A program made the position numbers and the translations under genes. Source: Candidatus Azotimanducaceae bacterium (lineage in GTDB: Bacteria; Pseudomonadota; Gammaproteobacteria; Pseudomonadales; Azotimanducaceae). Taken from it: DNA of 64,000 nt. Each line of letters starts with the position of its first letter. Position 1 is the first letter of the stretch. Shown in pieces: positions 47,505 through 58,322 of the stretch. Under the pieces are notes generated by a model that was not told the DNA's origin, searched no databases, and saw only the letters and a program-made list of their open reading frames with translations. The stretch covers positions 4,103,947 to 4,167,946 of the forward strand of contig OZ244143.1 of assembly GCA_965216005.1 (NCBI GenBank). The letters are read 5' to 3'.

Positions 47505-48625
47505 ACGTTGCGGTGCACATTCACTGTCTTGCGGGGGGCGGTGCCGAGCGTATTGCTGCATTGCTGTGTAGCCAGCTGGCCGAACGAGGTCATCGAGTAC
47601 TCTTGATTACGCAACTACCCGCTGACCCCGGTGATTACCCTGTCGATGTGCGGGTGGAGCGAATCAGTATCGGTGGCACAGATGTGACGAATGCAGGTTG
47701 GCGTTGGTTACGGATGTTGCGAAGAGTGGTGCGATTAAGGACCGCGCTTAGGCAGTTCGAGGCAGAGGTTGTGTTGGGTTTTATGACGACCTCCGCGCTG
47801 TATGTCGCCATGGCAAGTGTTGCTTCTCGTGTGAAGGCGGTGTGTTGTGAAAGGGTGGATCCGAAGCAACAGAGGCTGAGCGCGGGCGCGAGCCGATTGA
47901 GAAAGTGGCTGTACCCACGAGCAGAACATGTAGTCGTACAGACTGAGGGCGCACTCGCTTGGTTAGAAGCCGAGATTCCCATGGCGACCGGTTGCGTGAT
48001 CCCCAACCCGATTCAGTATCCGCTCACTGAATTGCCTCCAATTCTACAACCCGAAGTCGTGCTCGAGGCAGGCGCCTCGCTGGTGCTGGGCGTGGGTCGG
48101 TTGGACCACCAGAAGGGGTTTGATCGATTGATCGAAGCCTTCGTCATGCTCGCTGCGGAGTTTCCGTTAGCCGAGTTGGTGATTCTAGGTGAAGGCGAAA
48201 TGCGAGCCGGGCTCGAGGCCCTGATCGAGGCGCGCGAGCTGGCGGATCGAATCCATCTGGTGGGTCGTGTGGGTAATCTATCAGCCTGGTACGGGCGGGC
48301 TGAGCTTTTTGTGCTGTCCTCACGTTATGAGGGATTTCCCAACGCGTTGGCGGAAGCGATGGCACACGGCTGTGCGGTGTTGGCCACCGATTGCGACTTC
48401 GGTCCCGACGATCTGATTGAGAACGGACACAGCGGTGTTCTAGCGGATGCCGATACGGCAGAAGCGTTGAGCGAAGCGATGCGACGGTTGCTTTCGGATG
48501 CTGCATTGCGCGTTACGCTCGGTACAAACGCTCGGACCGTGCGCGAGCACTATGACGTTCACAAGGTCATCGATCGGTGGGAAACATTGCTCCTAGGGCA
48601 GGACGGATCGGTGGTGGAGTCTTGA
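47501..48625 (+). CDS. GT4 glycosyltransferase (PglH/PglJ-like)
   Basis: GGGAER, GRLDHQKG, SRYEGFPNALAEAMAHG. Confidence 0.92.
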   Translation: MNVAVHIHCLAGGGAERIAALLCSQLAERGHRVLLITQLPADPGDYPVDVRVERISIGGTDVTNAGWRWLRMLRRVVRLRTALRQFEAEVVLGFMTTSALYVAMASVASRVKAVCCERVDPKQQRLSAGASRLRKWLYPRAEHVVVQTEGALAWLEAEIPMATGCVIPNPIQYPLTELPPILQPEVVLEAGASLVLGVGRLDHQKGFDRLIEAFVMLAAEFPLAELVILGEGEMRAGLEALIEARELADRIHLVGRVGNLSAWYGRAELFVLSSRYEGFPNALAEAMAHGCAVLATDCDFGPDDLIENGHSGVLADADTAEALSEAMRRLLSDAALRVTLGTNARTVREHYDVHKVIDRWETLLLGQDGSVVES

Positions 48626-49707
48626 ACGTTGTTTTCGTAATCGGTTCGCTTCGCGGTGGCGGTGCAGAACGACAGGTGCGGTATCTCGCCCGATCGATGA
48701 GTGCACTTGGCGATCAGGTGACCATTGCGGTCATCGAGCGTGGTCAGCACCCGACTGCGATCGATGCAGTGCCGGTTGTGCCGCTGCGCGGTGTCGGTGA
48801 CTCGTGGATAAAAGCGGTGGCGCGTTTGCGAGTGCTTGCCGGAGACGCCGATGTCATTTATAGCTGGATGGACATTGCCAATGTCATTGCGGTGTTGGCT
48901 ACGATTAAGTTGCCAGTTCCGTTAGTCTGGGGATTGCGGAGCAGCGGCATGAACCACGGCATGGTGGCACGATGCGGTTTCTTGGCTGCTCGATGGTTGT
49001 CTTATAAAGCCGCGCTGGCGATCAGCAATTCTCAAGCTGTGCAGAGTTTCTATCGCACGGCAGGCTTCTCGCCGCGGGGGTGGCAGGTCATCGCCAATGG
49101 CGTCGACACTCGGCAGTTCGCGCCGAGTACGGCGCGGCCGTCGGCTGCGGACAACGCCGTGGTCGGCATGGTCGCCCGGGCACAGCCATACAAGCGTTAC
49201 GACTTGTTCTTCGAAATGGTGAGGTTGCTGGACGAGCGTTTTACCGGCGTGCGCTGGATTGTCGCGGGATTGGGTGCGCACGCATCGCATCCCGAGTTTC
49301 GCCAACTCCTGGATCGGTACGGCGTGACTGACCGCGTGCAGGCATTGGGTGAAGTCGGCGATGTTGCGGAAGTAGTCGCCGGCCTCGACATCACGGTGTG
49401 CTGTTCTGATTTCGAGGGTTCGTCCAACAGTGTGCTGGAAGCCCTGTCTTGTGGCGTGCCGGTGGTTGCGTTTCCGGTGGGGGATGCGGAAAGCATGCTG
49501 AGCAATTGCGGGATAATCGTGCGTGAACGCAGCGCCGCAGCGTTAGCGGAGGCGGTGGCTCAACTACTCGACGATCCGGAACTGCGGGGTAGTTTGGGCG
49601 TTGCAGCACGCCAACGAGCAGTGAGTCAGTACAGCCTCGATGCGCTCACAGAGCGCACAAGAGCTATTTTAGAGCAGACTGTACAGTGCGCTGGGAGCGA
49701 TCGCTGA
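48622..49707 (+). CDS. GT4 glycosyltransferase
   Basis: GGGAER, NGVD, EGSSNSVLEALSCG. TTG start overlaps the upstream stop. Confidence 0.92.
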   Translation: MNVVFVIGSLRGGGAERQVRYLARSMSALGDQVTIAVIERGQHPTAIDAVPVVPLRGVGDSWIKAVARLRVLAGDADVIYSWMDIANVIAVLATIKLPVPLVWGLRSSGMNHGMVARCGFLAARWLSYKAALAISNSQAVQSFYRTAGFSPRGWQVIANGVDTRQFAPSTARPSAADNAVVGMVARAQPYKRYDLFFEMVRLLDERFTGVRWIVAGLGAHASHPEFRQLLDRYGVTDRVQALGEVGDVAEVVAGLDITVCCSDFEGSSNSVLEALSCGVPVVAFPVGDAESMLSNCGIIVRERSAAALAEAVAQLLDDPELRGSLGVAARQRAVSQYSLDALTERTRAILEQTVQCAGSDR

Positions 49708-51623
49708 TGTGTGGCATCGCCGGATTTTGTGTCGCACTCGGCGCGTCGCCCGACGAGGGTGTACTGCGCAGCATGGGACACGCACTGGTTCAGCGTGGGC
49801 CGGACAGCGAAGGCATCTGGATCGATGCCAACGTCGGACTGGCGCACCAACGGCTTGCCGTCATCGATCTGTCGGTGGAGGGTCACCAACCGATGGTGAG
49901 CGAGGACGGTCGTTTGGTGCTGGTGTTCAATGGGGAGATTTACAACTTCGAGGCACTGCGTTCCCGTCTTCCTGCCACGCAGTACCGGGGCCGCAGTGAT
50001 ACCGAGGTGCTATTGCGGGCGCTACAGGAGTGGGGAGTTGAGAAGACCGTCCCTGAGTTGGTGGGCATGTTCGCGTTTGCCTTGTTCGATCGCACCACCG
50101 GTCGATTGACGCTGGTGAGGGACCGGTTAGGCATCAAACCGCTCTACTACGGGCGCCACGAAGGGCGGTTTCTGTTTGCCTCCGAGTTGACCGCCATCGA
50201 AGCTGCAGTTTCAAGCCGTCCGCGGGTATCTCGCGACAGTCTTGCATTGATGATGCGTCACAATCATGTACCGGCGCCTTACTGCATCTATGAAGATTTC
50301 TATAAGCTGCCACCGGCCAACATTCTGCATATCGATACCCGGTCCGATGGCTTTCAAGTCACCGGTTCGCGGGTGTTTTGGTCACCCCAAGCAGCGCTCG
50401 AGGCTGACGTTGCAATGAGCGATGTCGGTTGGCAGCAGGCGCTGCACGAGCGCTTACGTGAGGCGGTGCGGGTGCGTTTGGTCAGCGATGTGCCGCTAGG
50501 CGGATTCCTGTCGGGCGGCATCGATTCCACGCTGGTGGTGGCGTTGATGCAGGAGCAGTCGGAAAGGCGTGTCAGCACCTACACGATTGGCTTCGAGGAC
50601 GAGGCACTGAACGAGGCCGAATTCGCCAGACAAACGGCGAAGCACCTGGGTACGGATCACCATGAACTCTATCTAAATCACAGTCACGTGCTAGCCGCGG
50701 TGAGCGAGTTACCCCGATTGTGCGACGAACCCTTCGCCGATCAATCGATTCTACCGACATTCCTGTTATGTCAGATGGCAAGGCGCGATGTCACCGTGGC
50801 CCTGTCTGGCGACGGCGGCGATGAAATCATGTGGGGGTATCAACGTTATCCCACGCGGGAGCGCTTGGACCGGCTGCGTAACTGGGTGCCTGGGTTGCTG
50901 CGGCCCGTCGCTTCCCAGATGCTGGGCAGTAAGTTCCTGGCTCAAACCCTCGGTATGTTGCCCACGCCCAAGGCGTTGGGTCGCGCTTCGCGTCTTGCCG
51001 ACAAGTTACACATGTCTGCACGGTTGTTGTCCAGCGAAGACGATGATGAACGGTATCGCTACCTGATGTCTCATTGGAAAAACCCGACCGAGTTGGTGCC
51101 GGGCGCGGAGGAGCCGCCCACAGTGTATAGCCACCCACCGGCCTGGGCGCAGGAACTACCGGTTTGGCAACGCATGTGTGTTTTGGATCTGCTGGCCTAC
51201 CTGCCCAACGATTGCCTGACGAAGGTGGACCGGGCCAGCATGGCGGTGGGCTTGGAAGCTAGGGTGCCTTTATTGGATCACCGGGTAGTCGAACTGGCTT
51301 ATCAGTTGCCGGAACATCTTGTGCGCACCGGCGGGAGGGGGAAACTCTTGTTACGCAGCGTTCTCGATCACTATGTACCACGAGCCATGATGGAGCGACC
51401 GAAGTCCGGCTTTGGCGTGCCCTTGGCAGACTGGCTGCGCGGTCCGTTGCGAGGTTGGGCGGAGGACCTTCTGAGTGAGCCGAGCTTGGAACGCAGTGAG
51501 TTGTTTAACGTATCGCTGGTGACGGATTTACACCGGCAGCACCAAAACGGTGTCGCGGACTGGTCGGCATACCTGTGGGATGTGCTGATGTTTCAGAACT
51601 GGGTGCAGTCGCGATGGGCTTGA
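49707..51623 (+). CDS. asnB: Asparagine synthase (glutamine-hydrolysing), glycan-locus amidotransferase type
   Basis: MCGIAG, HQRL, NGEIYN, DRLGIKPLYY, LSGGIDS, SGDGGDE, KVDRASM. Confidence 0.94.
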   Translation: MCGIAGFCVALGASPDEGVLRSMGHALVQRGPDSEGIWIDANVGLAHQRLAVIDLSVEGHQPMVSEDGRLVLVFNGEIYNFEALRSRLPATQYRGRSDTEVLLRALQEWGVEKTVPELVGMFAFALFDRTTGRLTLVRDRLGIKPLYYGRHEGRFLFASELTAIEAAVSSRPRVSRDSLALMMRHNHVPAPYCIYEDFYKLPPANILHIDTRSDGFQVTGSRVFWSPQAALEADVAMSDVGWQQALHERLREAVRVRLVSDVPLGGFLSGGIDSTLVVALMQEQSERRVSTYTIGFEDEALNEAEFARQTAKHLGTDHHELYLNHSHVLAAVSELPRLCDEPFADQSILPTFLLCQMARRDVTVALSGDGGDEIMWGYQRYPTRERLDRLRNWVPGLLRPVASQMLGSKFLAQTLGMLPTPKALGRASRLADKLHMSARLLSSEDDDERYRYLMSHWKNPTELVPGAEEPPTVYSHPPAWAQELPVWQRMCVLDLLAYLPNDCLTKVDRASMAVGLEARVPLLDHRVVELAYQLPEHLVRTGGRGKLLLRSVLDHYVPRAMMERPKSGFGVPLADWLRGPLRGWAEDLLSEPSLERSELFNVSLVTDLHRQHQNGVADWSAYLWDVLMFQNWVQSRWA

Positions 51624-51685
51624 GTAGGCGCTAACGCCGATATGTGGCACAGTGCTAGGCGCACGAAAAAGTTGAGAGCAAATCC

Positions 51686-53326
51686 ATGGGATTCATATCG
51701 CAACGCGCCAATGCGATGCTGTTCGCGAGCGTTTTCCTGCTCGTCGCCTGCGGCCAGAACGAGAACACAGTCACTACTGAACCGGCCACAGACCTGGTAA
51801 CGACCTCGGAAGATCCAGTGGCGTCTACGCAGTACGGTCGTGTGCGTGGATCGCAAATCGATGAGATCTTTGCCTTCAAAGGGGTTCGCTACGGGGCCGA
51901 CACGTCCACCACCCGATTTGCAGCACCGGCGCCCCCCGATTCCTGGAGAGAGGTGCATGACGCTACGGCGTATGGAGCTTCCTGCCCACAAACGCCGACC
52001 GGTAACCCGGGTGGTCTGTTTACCTCATGGCGGCCGGACCCCGCACCGGCACTGAGCGAAGATTGTCTATTTCTCAATGTCTGGACGCCGGGATTGGCGG
52101 ACGGCGGCAAGCGTGCGGTGATGGTCTGGCTGCATGGGGGTGGTTTTGCCAGCGGCAACGGCTCGTCGCTTGCCTATGAAGGGACCCGTCTGGCAAAGCG
52201 CGGTGACGTTGTGGTCGTCACGATCAATCACCGTCTGAATATCTATGGCTACATGGCGCTAAACCACTACGGCAAGGGATTCGAGGATTCGGCGGTAGCC
52301 GGCGTGTTGGATATGGTGCAAGCGCTCGAATGGGTCAGAGACAATATCGAGGCGTTTGGCGGCGATCCAGACACGGTCATGATCTTTGGCGAATCCGGTG
52401 GGGGTGCGAAGGTTTCGACATTAATGAACACACCTGCCGCGCAAGGGCTGTTTCACCGCGCCGTGGTTCAATCGGGTGCGATGCTGCAATTCCCCGATGC
52501 CGCCAACGCGCGAGCGGCTGCGGATGCAGTCGTGGCGAATCTCGGTTTGACTGCCGCAACGATTGAGCAAATAAAATCGGTGCCCGTTACGGTGCTGGAC
52601 GCTGCACGTGAGGGTACGAGCGCGGGTAATGCGCCGACCATCGATAATCGAACTCTGCATCGTCACCCGTTCGAACCCGACGCATCGCCCACGGGCGCCC
52701 AGGTACCGATGATGCTCGGTACCAATCGCACCGAGAGTTCGCTTTTTCTCGGTGCACAGAATCCCGCCACCTTCGAGCTTGACTGGGCTGGGGCGAAAGC
52801 CGCACTGGCTGCAACTTATCCCAACAAGGACATTGAGGCGATCGTCGCAGGTTATCGCGAGTTAGATCCCGAAGCCGACCCCAGTGACGTGTTCTTCGAG
52901 GCGACGACGGATGCCCGTTGGGCAGCCGGACACGTCACTCAGGCCGAACGCAAAACGGCCCAAAGTAGCGCGCCCACCTATCTCTATCTCTTCGATTGGG
53001 ATACGCCTGTAGACGGAGGAAAGTGGCGTTCGCCCCATGCACTCGAGATCGGTTTCGTGTTCGATAACGTTGCGAATTCTGAAAGCATTTCCGGCATCGG
53101 AGACGAGCAGCAGAAGGTGGCTGACATCCTCTCGGAAACGTGGATTGCATTTGCGAAAACCGGAAATCCAAACAACGCTCAGATCCCGGTGTGGCCTCAG
53201 TACGATACTGAGTCTCGACCTGTCATGGTGTTCGACGTTGATCCCGCCGTCGTAAACGATGCGCGCGGAGTTCAGCGCCAACTTCTGAACGACAGCGAGG
53301 CGTACGGCAATCGGTATGAGCGATAA
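51686..53326 (+). CDS. Type B carboxylesterase, probable lipoprotein
   Basis: SEDCLFLNVW, HGGGF, GESGG catalytic Ser, H.LEI; lipobox LVAC. Confidence 0.93.
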   Translation: MGFISQRANAMLFASVFLLVACGQNENTVTTEPATDLVTTSEDPVASTQYGRVRGSQIDEIFAFKGVRYGADTSTTRFAAPAPPDSWREVHDATAYGASCPQTPTGNPGGLFTSWRPDPAPALSEDCLFLNVWTPGLADGGKRAVMVWLHGGGFASGNGSSLAYEGTRLAKRGDVVVVTINHRLNIYGYMALNHYGKGFEDSAVAGVLDMVQALEWVRDNIEAFGGDPDTVMIFGESGGGAKVSTLMNTPAAQGLFHRAVVQSGAMLQFPDAANARAAADAVVANLGLTAATIEQIKSVPVTVLDAAREGTSAGNAPTIDNRTLHRHPFEPDASPTGAQVPMMLGTNRTESSLFLGAQNPATFELDWAGAKAALAATYPNKDIEAIVAGYRELDPEADPSDVFFEATTDARWAAGHVTQAERKTAQSSAPTYLYLFDWDTPVDGGKWRSPHALEIGFVFDNVANSESISGIGDEQQKVADILSETWIAFAKTGNPNNAQIPVWPQYDTESRPVMVFDVDPAVVNDARGVQRQLLNDSEAYGNRYER

Positions 53327-53363
53327 GATCAGGCAATAAACATGATGATCAACAGGGGGAGAC

Positions 53364-54395
53364 ATGTGCACGTCGCATGACGTAGATGACAAAACGAGCA
53401 GCGATGATCCGCGCGCCGGGTATCGGCTGGCGGAGAACTGGCCGAACTATCCCAGTGACATGCAATTCGAAATGGGTTCCGGCGTGGCGGTGGACAAGAA
53501 CGGGGTGATCTATCTTTTTACCCGTGACGTGGAGCATTGGGCTGCCCATCCGCTCGCGATGAAAGAGAAGATGGGTAAGAGCAGTATCTCCATGTTTACG
53601 CGAGACGGCGAGTATCTCGGCAAGTGGGGGTCCTCAGACGAGCGTGGCTTTGCGCTCGGTGGGCACACGCTCTACATCGAGAAGGACGGTATGTTCTGGA
53701 CCACGGATCGTGACGGCCATACTGTGCGCAAATACGATCCCGATGGCACGCTGCTGCTCGAGCTCGGTACATTTGCCGAGTGGGGCTGCGACGAGGATCA
53801 TTTCAATGGTCCCACAGCGGTCGTCGTGCTCGACGACGGCACGATCGTGGTGGCCGATGGTTACTGGAATTCCCGCCTGGTGTGGTTTACTCCGGAAGGC
53901 GACTTCATCCGCGCGCTCGGTACCTGGGGCCGGGGACCTTGTGAGTTCAATACGCCGCATGCGCTAACGCTCGACTCTCAAGACCGCATTCTCGTGGCGG
54001 ATCTCTGCGGTGGGAACTTTCACGATTATATGACGGTACCGGGACAGATCGCGCCTGAGCGAACGCAGGTGGAAGAGGGGGCGCAGCATCGGATTCAGCG
54101 CCTCACCGCGGAGGGTGAGTATATCGATGAGTGGACGCACGTGATGCCGTTGTCGCTCGCAACCTACGGTCACCGGATATATGCCAGCGATAAGATGAGT
54201 AACCTTGCCGTACTGGATGAAGATACCGGTGAGGTGGTGAGTCGCGTCGATGACATCGCCATCTACATTCATCAGCTGGCAATGGATGCGCACGGGGACC
54301 TCTACACGGCATCCGTCTATCCCGAGCACGCAGGCGCGGCGAGAGGTCCGACCGGTCCGTCGCATCGGCGATGGACCCGAGACGAAATTACCTAA
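53364..54395 (+). CDS. NHL-repeat beta-propeller (peptidyl-alpha-hydroxyglycine alpha-amidating lyase-like)
   Basis: FNGPTAV, VADGYWNSR, FNTPHAL. Confidence 0.8.
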   Translation: MCTSHDVDDKTSSDDPRAGYRLAENWPNYPSDMQFEMGSGVAVDKNGVIYLFTRDVEHWAAHPLAMKEKMGKSSISMFTRDGEYLGKWGSSDERGFALGGHTLYIEKDGMFWTTDRDGHTVRKYDPDGTLLLELGTFAEWGCDEDHFNGPTAVVVLDDGTIVVADGYWNSRLVWFTPEGDFIRALGTWGRGPCEFNTPHALTLDSQDRILVADLCGGNFHDYMTVPGQIAPERTQVEEGAQHRIQRLTAEGEYIDEWTHVMPLSLATYGHRIYASDKMSNLAVLDEDTGEVVSRVDDIAIYIHQLAMDAHGDLYTASVYPEHAGAARGPTGPSHRRWTRDEIT

Positions 54396-54416
54396 CCATT
54401 TGAATGGGACTAAGAA

Positions 54417-54764
54417 ATGATCATAGTTGTTGCAGCGCTCGAATTCGCCAATCAAGCTGATCGAGACCGCGCGGTCGAGATTTCGGCGGATGTGCAAATG
54501 GCGACCCGTGTCGAGGAGGCGGGATGTCGCGACTACTGTTTCGCTGCGGATCCGTCGGTTCCCACGCGTATACAAGTCTACGAACTGTGGGACGACAGCG
54601 AGTCGCTGGTTGCGCACTTCGATCACCCGAACTATCAGAAGATGGTCGAACTGCTGCAGGGCGCGGGTATCTTATCGAGCGACAACCAGGCCTATCTGGT
54701 TGAGCGCGGCGAGCCCGTTTATGGCGCCGAGGGTGAGAAAAAAACGGCGTTCTTCGCGGATTGA
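54417..54764 (+). CDS. ABM-family (putative quinol) monooxygenase
   Basis: R.EE.GC..Y, YELWDD.E.L.AHF. Confidence 0.85.
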   Translation: MIIVVAALEFANQADRDRAVEISADVQMATRVEEAGCRDYCFAADPSVPTRIQVYELWDDSESLVAHFDHPNYQKMVELLQGAGILSSDNQAYLVERGEPVYGAEGEKKTAFFAD

Positions 54765-54767
54765 GCC

Positions 54768-55976
54768 ATGCAGCAAACCGTCTACAAAAACCTGCGTCTT
54801 TTTACGGGTGTCGACGAGTCGGTCATCGAAGACGGCGCTTTACTGATAGAAGGCGACACCATTCGATTTGCGGGCGACGCGCAAGCCCTGCCGTCGACGA
54901 ACGCGGCGGCTGTGGTGGATCTGCAACGTGCATTTGTAATGCCCGGGATGACGGAAGCCCATGCACACCTGTCCTTTGCCGATGCCAGCCCCTTTGCGAT
55001 TGGCGACACGCCTGTGGAGGTCGCGACCATTACGGCAGTTCGAAATGCGGAGCTTATGCTCAACGCGGGTTTCACGTCCGCCATCAGCTTCGGCTCCACG
55101 TACAAGATCGATGTCGCGCTGCGAGACGCGATCAATGGGGGCAGAATCGTTGGACCGCGCATGCTCGCCGCCGGCCGGGACCTGGGTGCCACCGCGAGCA
55201 ACGTCGATTCACCCGGGGGCTTGAGCCAGATTGCGGATGGTCCATGGGCCTTGCGTCAGGCGGTGCGCGAACAACGTCGTGATCGTGTGGACGTGGTGAA
55301 GATCTTCATCGATGGCGAAGCGATCAATCCGACCAACCCACCGGGTGAGCTTTCGTTTTGTGACGAGGAAGTGAACGCAGTGGTTGACGAGGCACATCGA
55401 CGCAACATGCGCGTAGCCTGCCACGCAAGATCTGCAGCTGCGGTTAAACAGGCTGTGCGTGCGGGCGTGGATTTCATAGGCCATGCAAATTACTTGGACG
55501 ATGAAGCGGTGGATATGCTGGCCGCATGCAACGAACGCGTGATCGTGGGTCCCGCTATCGCATGGGAAATGCAGTACGTCGCGCAGTGCGAATCCCTGAG
55601 CGTATCCAAGGATACCGTGCGGGAGCAAGGCTACGAAGCGGAAATCGATGCGACGGTCGTTACCGTGGAAAAGCTGCGCAAGGCAGACGTGCGCCTGGTA
55701 GTTGGCGGAGATTACGGCATCAGTATCGCGCCGCACGGCACGTACGCCAGAGACCTCGAGTACTTTGTGGATCTATTCGGCATGCGCCCCGCGGAAGCGT
55801 TGGTCTGCGCAACACGCAACGGGGGCGAAGCGATGGCACCCGACGGAAGCCTCGGCACGCTGACAGAGGGAACATTGGCCGATTTCGTTGTCGTCGAGGG
55901 TGATCCGCTCGAAGACATCCGGGTGCTCCAGAACCACGCAGCGCTTCAAGTCTATAAGGGCGGCGCACCCGTCTGA
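54768..55976 (+). CDS. Metal-dependent amidohydrolase (Xaa-Pro dipeptidase-like)
   Basis: PGMTEAHAH, VKIF, ACHA, IGHAN, GGD. Confidence 0.88.
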   Translation: MQQTVYKNLRLFTGVDESVIEDGALLIEGDTIRFAGDAQALPSTNAAAVVDLQRAFVMPGMTEAHAHLSFADASPFAIGDTPVEVATITAVRNAELMLNAGFTSAISFGSTYKIDVALRDAINGGRIVGPRMLAAGRDLGATASNVDSPGGLSQIADGPWALRQAVREQRRDRVDVVKIFIDGEAINPTNPPGELSFCDEEVNAVVDEAHRRNMRVACHARSAAAVKQAVRAGVDFIGHANYLDDEAVDMLAACNERVIVGPAIAWEMQYVAQCESLSVSKDTVREQGYEAEIDATVVTVEKLRKADVRLVVGGDYGISIAPHGTYARDLEYFVDLFGMRPAEALVCATRNGGEAMAPDGSLGTLTEGTLADFVVVEGDPLEDIRVLQNHAALQVYKGGAPV

Positions 55977-55990
55977 GGGCTTGTCAGGCG

Positions 55991-57037
55991 CTACATCGTA
56001 GCGACGATATTCCTCAGCGTTTCACAATGACGCACGCGCTCCTCGGTGGTTTTTCCTATGAAACCCACGTTGAGCGATGTCACACCCGATTCCTTGAGCG
56101 CGTAGAGACGCTCCTTCACAAAGCCTTCCGGGCCGATCAGCGAGTTGCGTTCGAGGTAGTCGTCGGGGATTGCCGCCTCGGCTGCTTTTTTCTGACCGGC
56201 CAGGTACAGATTCTGGATTTCTTTTGCGGCGTCGCCATAACCGGACTGAGTAAAAATCTGGTTGTAGAAATTCTTCGATCGCGCGCCCATACCGCCGACG
56301 TATAGCGCAATCTGCGGCCGAGATAGGTTGCGTAGAGCTTCCAGGCCATCGCCGATCGCCACGGCACCGCCCGCAAACACTTCCAACGGCGGACGACTTG
56401 GATCGCGTTTGGCGGCGCCTTTCTTCAGCGACTGGCCCCAAACATCCTGTGCTGCCTCCGCGGTATAGAACGCCGGTAACCATGCGTCCGCGAGTTCCGC
56501 GGTCATCTCCACGCTTTGCGGACCCAGCGAGGCAATGGCGATGGGTATGTCTTCACGGATGGGATGGTTGATCAGCTTGAGCGGCTTGCCCAGTCCTGTG
56601 CCTTGATCCTGAGGCAGTGGAATCTGGTAGTGCGCGCCCATGTGCTGCACGCGATCGCGTCGCCAAACAGAGCGGCATATCTCAATGATCTCGCGAATGC
56701 GCTGTACCGGGGACGTATATGGAATCCCGTGAAAGCCTTCGATGACCTGCGGTCCTGAAGCGCCGAGTCCGAGCATGCACCGCCCGTCTGAGAGGTAATC
56801 AATACCTGCTGCTGTCATGGCGAGCAGACTGGGTGTGCGCGTGTAGATAGGCAGGATGCCCGAGGCAATCGTGATGCGTTCGGTGTTTGCAGCGAGGTAG
56901 CCCATCGCGCTAGGCGCATCGAAGCTGTAGGCCTCCGGTACCCACACAACGTCAAGCCCAGCTTGTTCAAGGGCTTTGATTTCCTCGACAGTTTCTTTGA
57001 ATCCGCCCGCGTAGCTGAGAAGAGATGAGATGCGCAT
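55991..57037 (-). CDS. Luciferase-like monooxygenase (LLM class, F420-type family)
   Basis: PEAYSFDA, RTPSLLAMTAA, GLGASGPQVIEGFHG. Confidence 0.9.
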   Translation of the reverse strand: MRISSLLSYAGGFKETVEEIKALEQAGLDVVWVPEAYSFDAPSAMGYLAANTERITIASGILPIYTRTPSLLAMTAAGIDYLSDGRCMLGLGASGPQVIEGFHGIPYTSPVQRIREIIEICRSVWRRDRVQHMGAHYQIPLPQDQGTGLGKPLKLINHPIREDIPIAIASLGPQSVEMTAELADAWLPAFYTAEAAQDVWGQSLKKGAAKRDPSRPPLEVFAGGAVAIGDGLEALRNLSRPQIALYVGGMGARSKNFYNQIFTQSGYGDAAKEIQNLYLAGQKKAAEAAIPDDYLERNSLIGPEGFVKERLYALKESGVTSLNVGFIGKTTEERVRHCETLRNIVATM

Positions 57038-57108
57038 GGGTGCTCCGATGCTCGTTGCTTGAGAATCGGGTGTTTTATATCACGAAACGGACGCTCCAGA
57101 GCGACCGG

Positions 57109-58092
57109 CTAATCGCTAGGTTGGTGTGATTCCAGATCCGGGCTGACTTCCATCGGCAAGCTGGGATCGGCAGCCCATTCCTGCAGCGATGCGGTGTAAA
57201 CGGCGACGTCTTTAAAGCCTAATCGAGTCATGATGAAAGCGTTCGAAGACGCTGCTATGCCCCCGCCGCAGTACGTAATCGTTCGCGCTTCGCGGCTCCC
57301 GCCTATTAGTTCGTCCAGCACTTCGAGCGACTTGAATTGGCCCGATTCGTCTCGTAGCTGATTCATGGAGACGTTTGTGGCGCCTCGAATATGGCCGGGC
57401 CTGGCGTACATTTGGATCTCACCTCGATATTGCGGCTCCGGTAGTGTATCGATGACGTTTACGTTGGCGTCGTCGATTGCGGCGAGCACGTCATGCCGGT
57501 CGGCAATCAACTCGGGTCTCACAGCAACCGTCAGTTTTCTCGCGGGTTTGTTTTCGGGTGCGGTCGAAATTGGGAAGCCCGCGTCTTGCCACGCTTGAAA
57601 CCCGCCGTCCAAAAGGGCGGCTCGATCGAACCCTATCCACCGCAGCATCCACCACACCCTTGCCGCCCAAACTGAGTTGTAGTTGTCATAGAGGACGACC
57701 CGGGTGTTGTCTCCGACCCCGAGTTTACTGATGGCGGCGGCAAATGCGTTAGGCGTCGGCACGGCGAACTGATGCTGACTGTCGGTGTCCGATAAATCTT
57801 CGAGCAGATCGGCAAAAACGGCGGTGGGGATGTGTGCGGATTTGTAGCTGTCGCGACCGTTTAACGTGAGCAGGCTCCCATCCTCCGCCTGCGAGATCAA
57901 CACTCGGCAATCGAGCACGACCAAGTCGGGGTCGTCGAGATGCTGCTTGAGCCAATCGACGCTGACCAGCGAATCCATCCCGTTCTTCGAAGTCGTGTCG
58001 GCGGTTGCCGCTAGGGTTTGCGCGTACGGCAACCACGCTACGGACAATAATGCCATGAACAATAACCGTCTTATCAAAACCCGAATCGTCAT
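57109..58092 (-). CDS. Tandem-domain sulfurtransferase (rhodanese/3-MST) with predicted signal peptide
   Basis: HIPTA, AARVWWML, GHIRGA, YCGGGIAAS, Y.ASL.EW. Confidence 0.9.
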   Translation of the reverse strand: MTIRVLIRRLLFMALLSVAWLPYAQTLAATADTTSKNGMDSLVSVDWLKQHLDDPDLVVLDCRVLISQAEDGSLLTLNGRDSYKSAHIPTAVFADLLEDLSDTDSQHQFAVPTPNAFAAAISKLGVGDNTRVVLYDNYNSVWAARVWWMLRWIGFDRAALLDGGFQAWQDAGFPISTAPENKPARKLTVAVRPELIADRHDVLAAIDDANVNVIDTLPEPQYRGEIQMYARPGHIRGATNVSMNQLRDESGQFKSLEVLDELIGGSREARTITYCGGGIAASSNAFIMTRLGFKDVAVYTASLQEWAADPSLPMEVSPDLESHQPSD

Positions 58093-58322
58093 CCATCACT
58101 CCTTAGTACAGCCTCTGGAGATCCTAACCCTCGAGCCCGGTCATGACATCGCCCACAAGTACGAAAAGAGCCTCCTTCTATAGGCGGAGGCAGCACCGAG
58201 GAGCGTCCGATTTTTGGTGGATGACAGGCTATTCGCAGTTGGATGACACTGTCCGGCGAGATGGTCTACATTGATTACACGAATAGCTTTGACGAGCACG
58301 CATCGTTGAGAGGTATTGCGCC

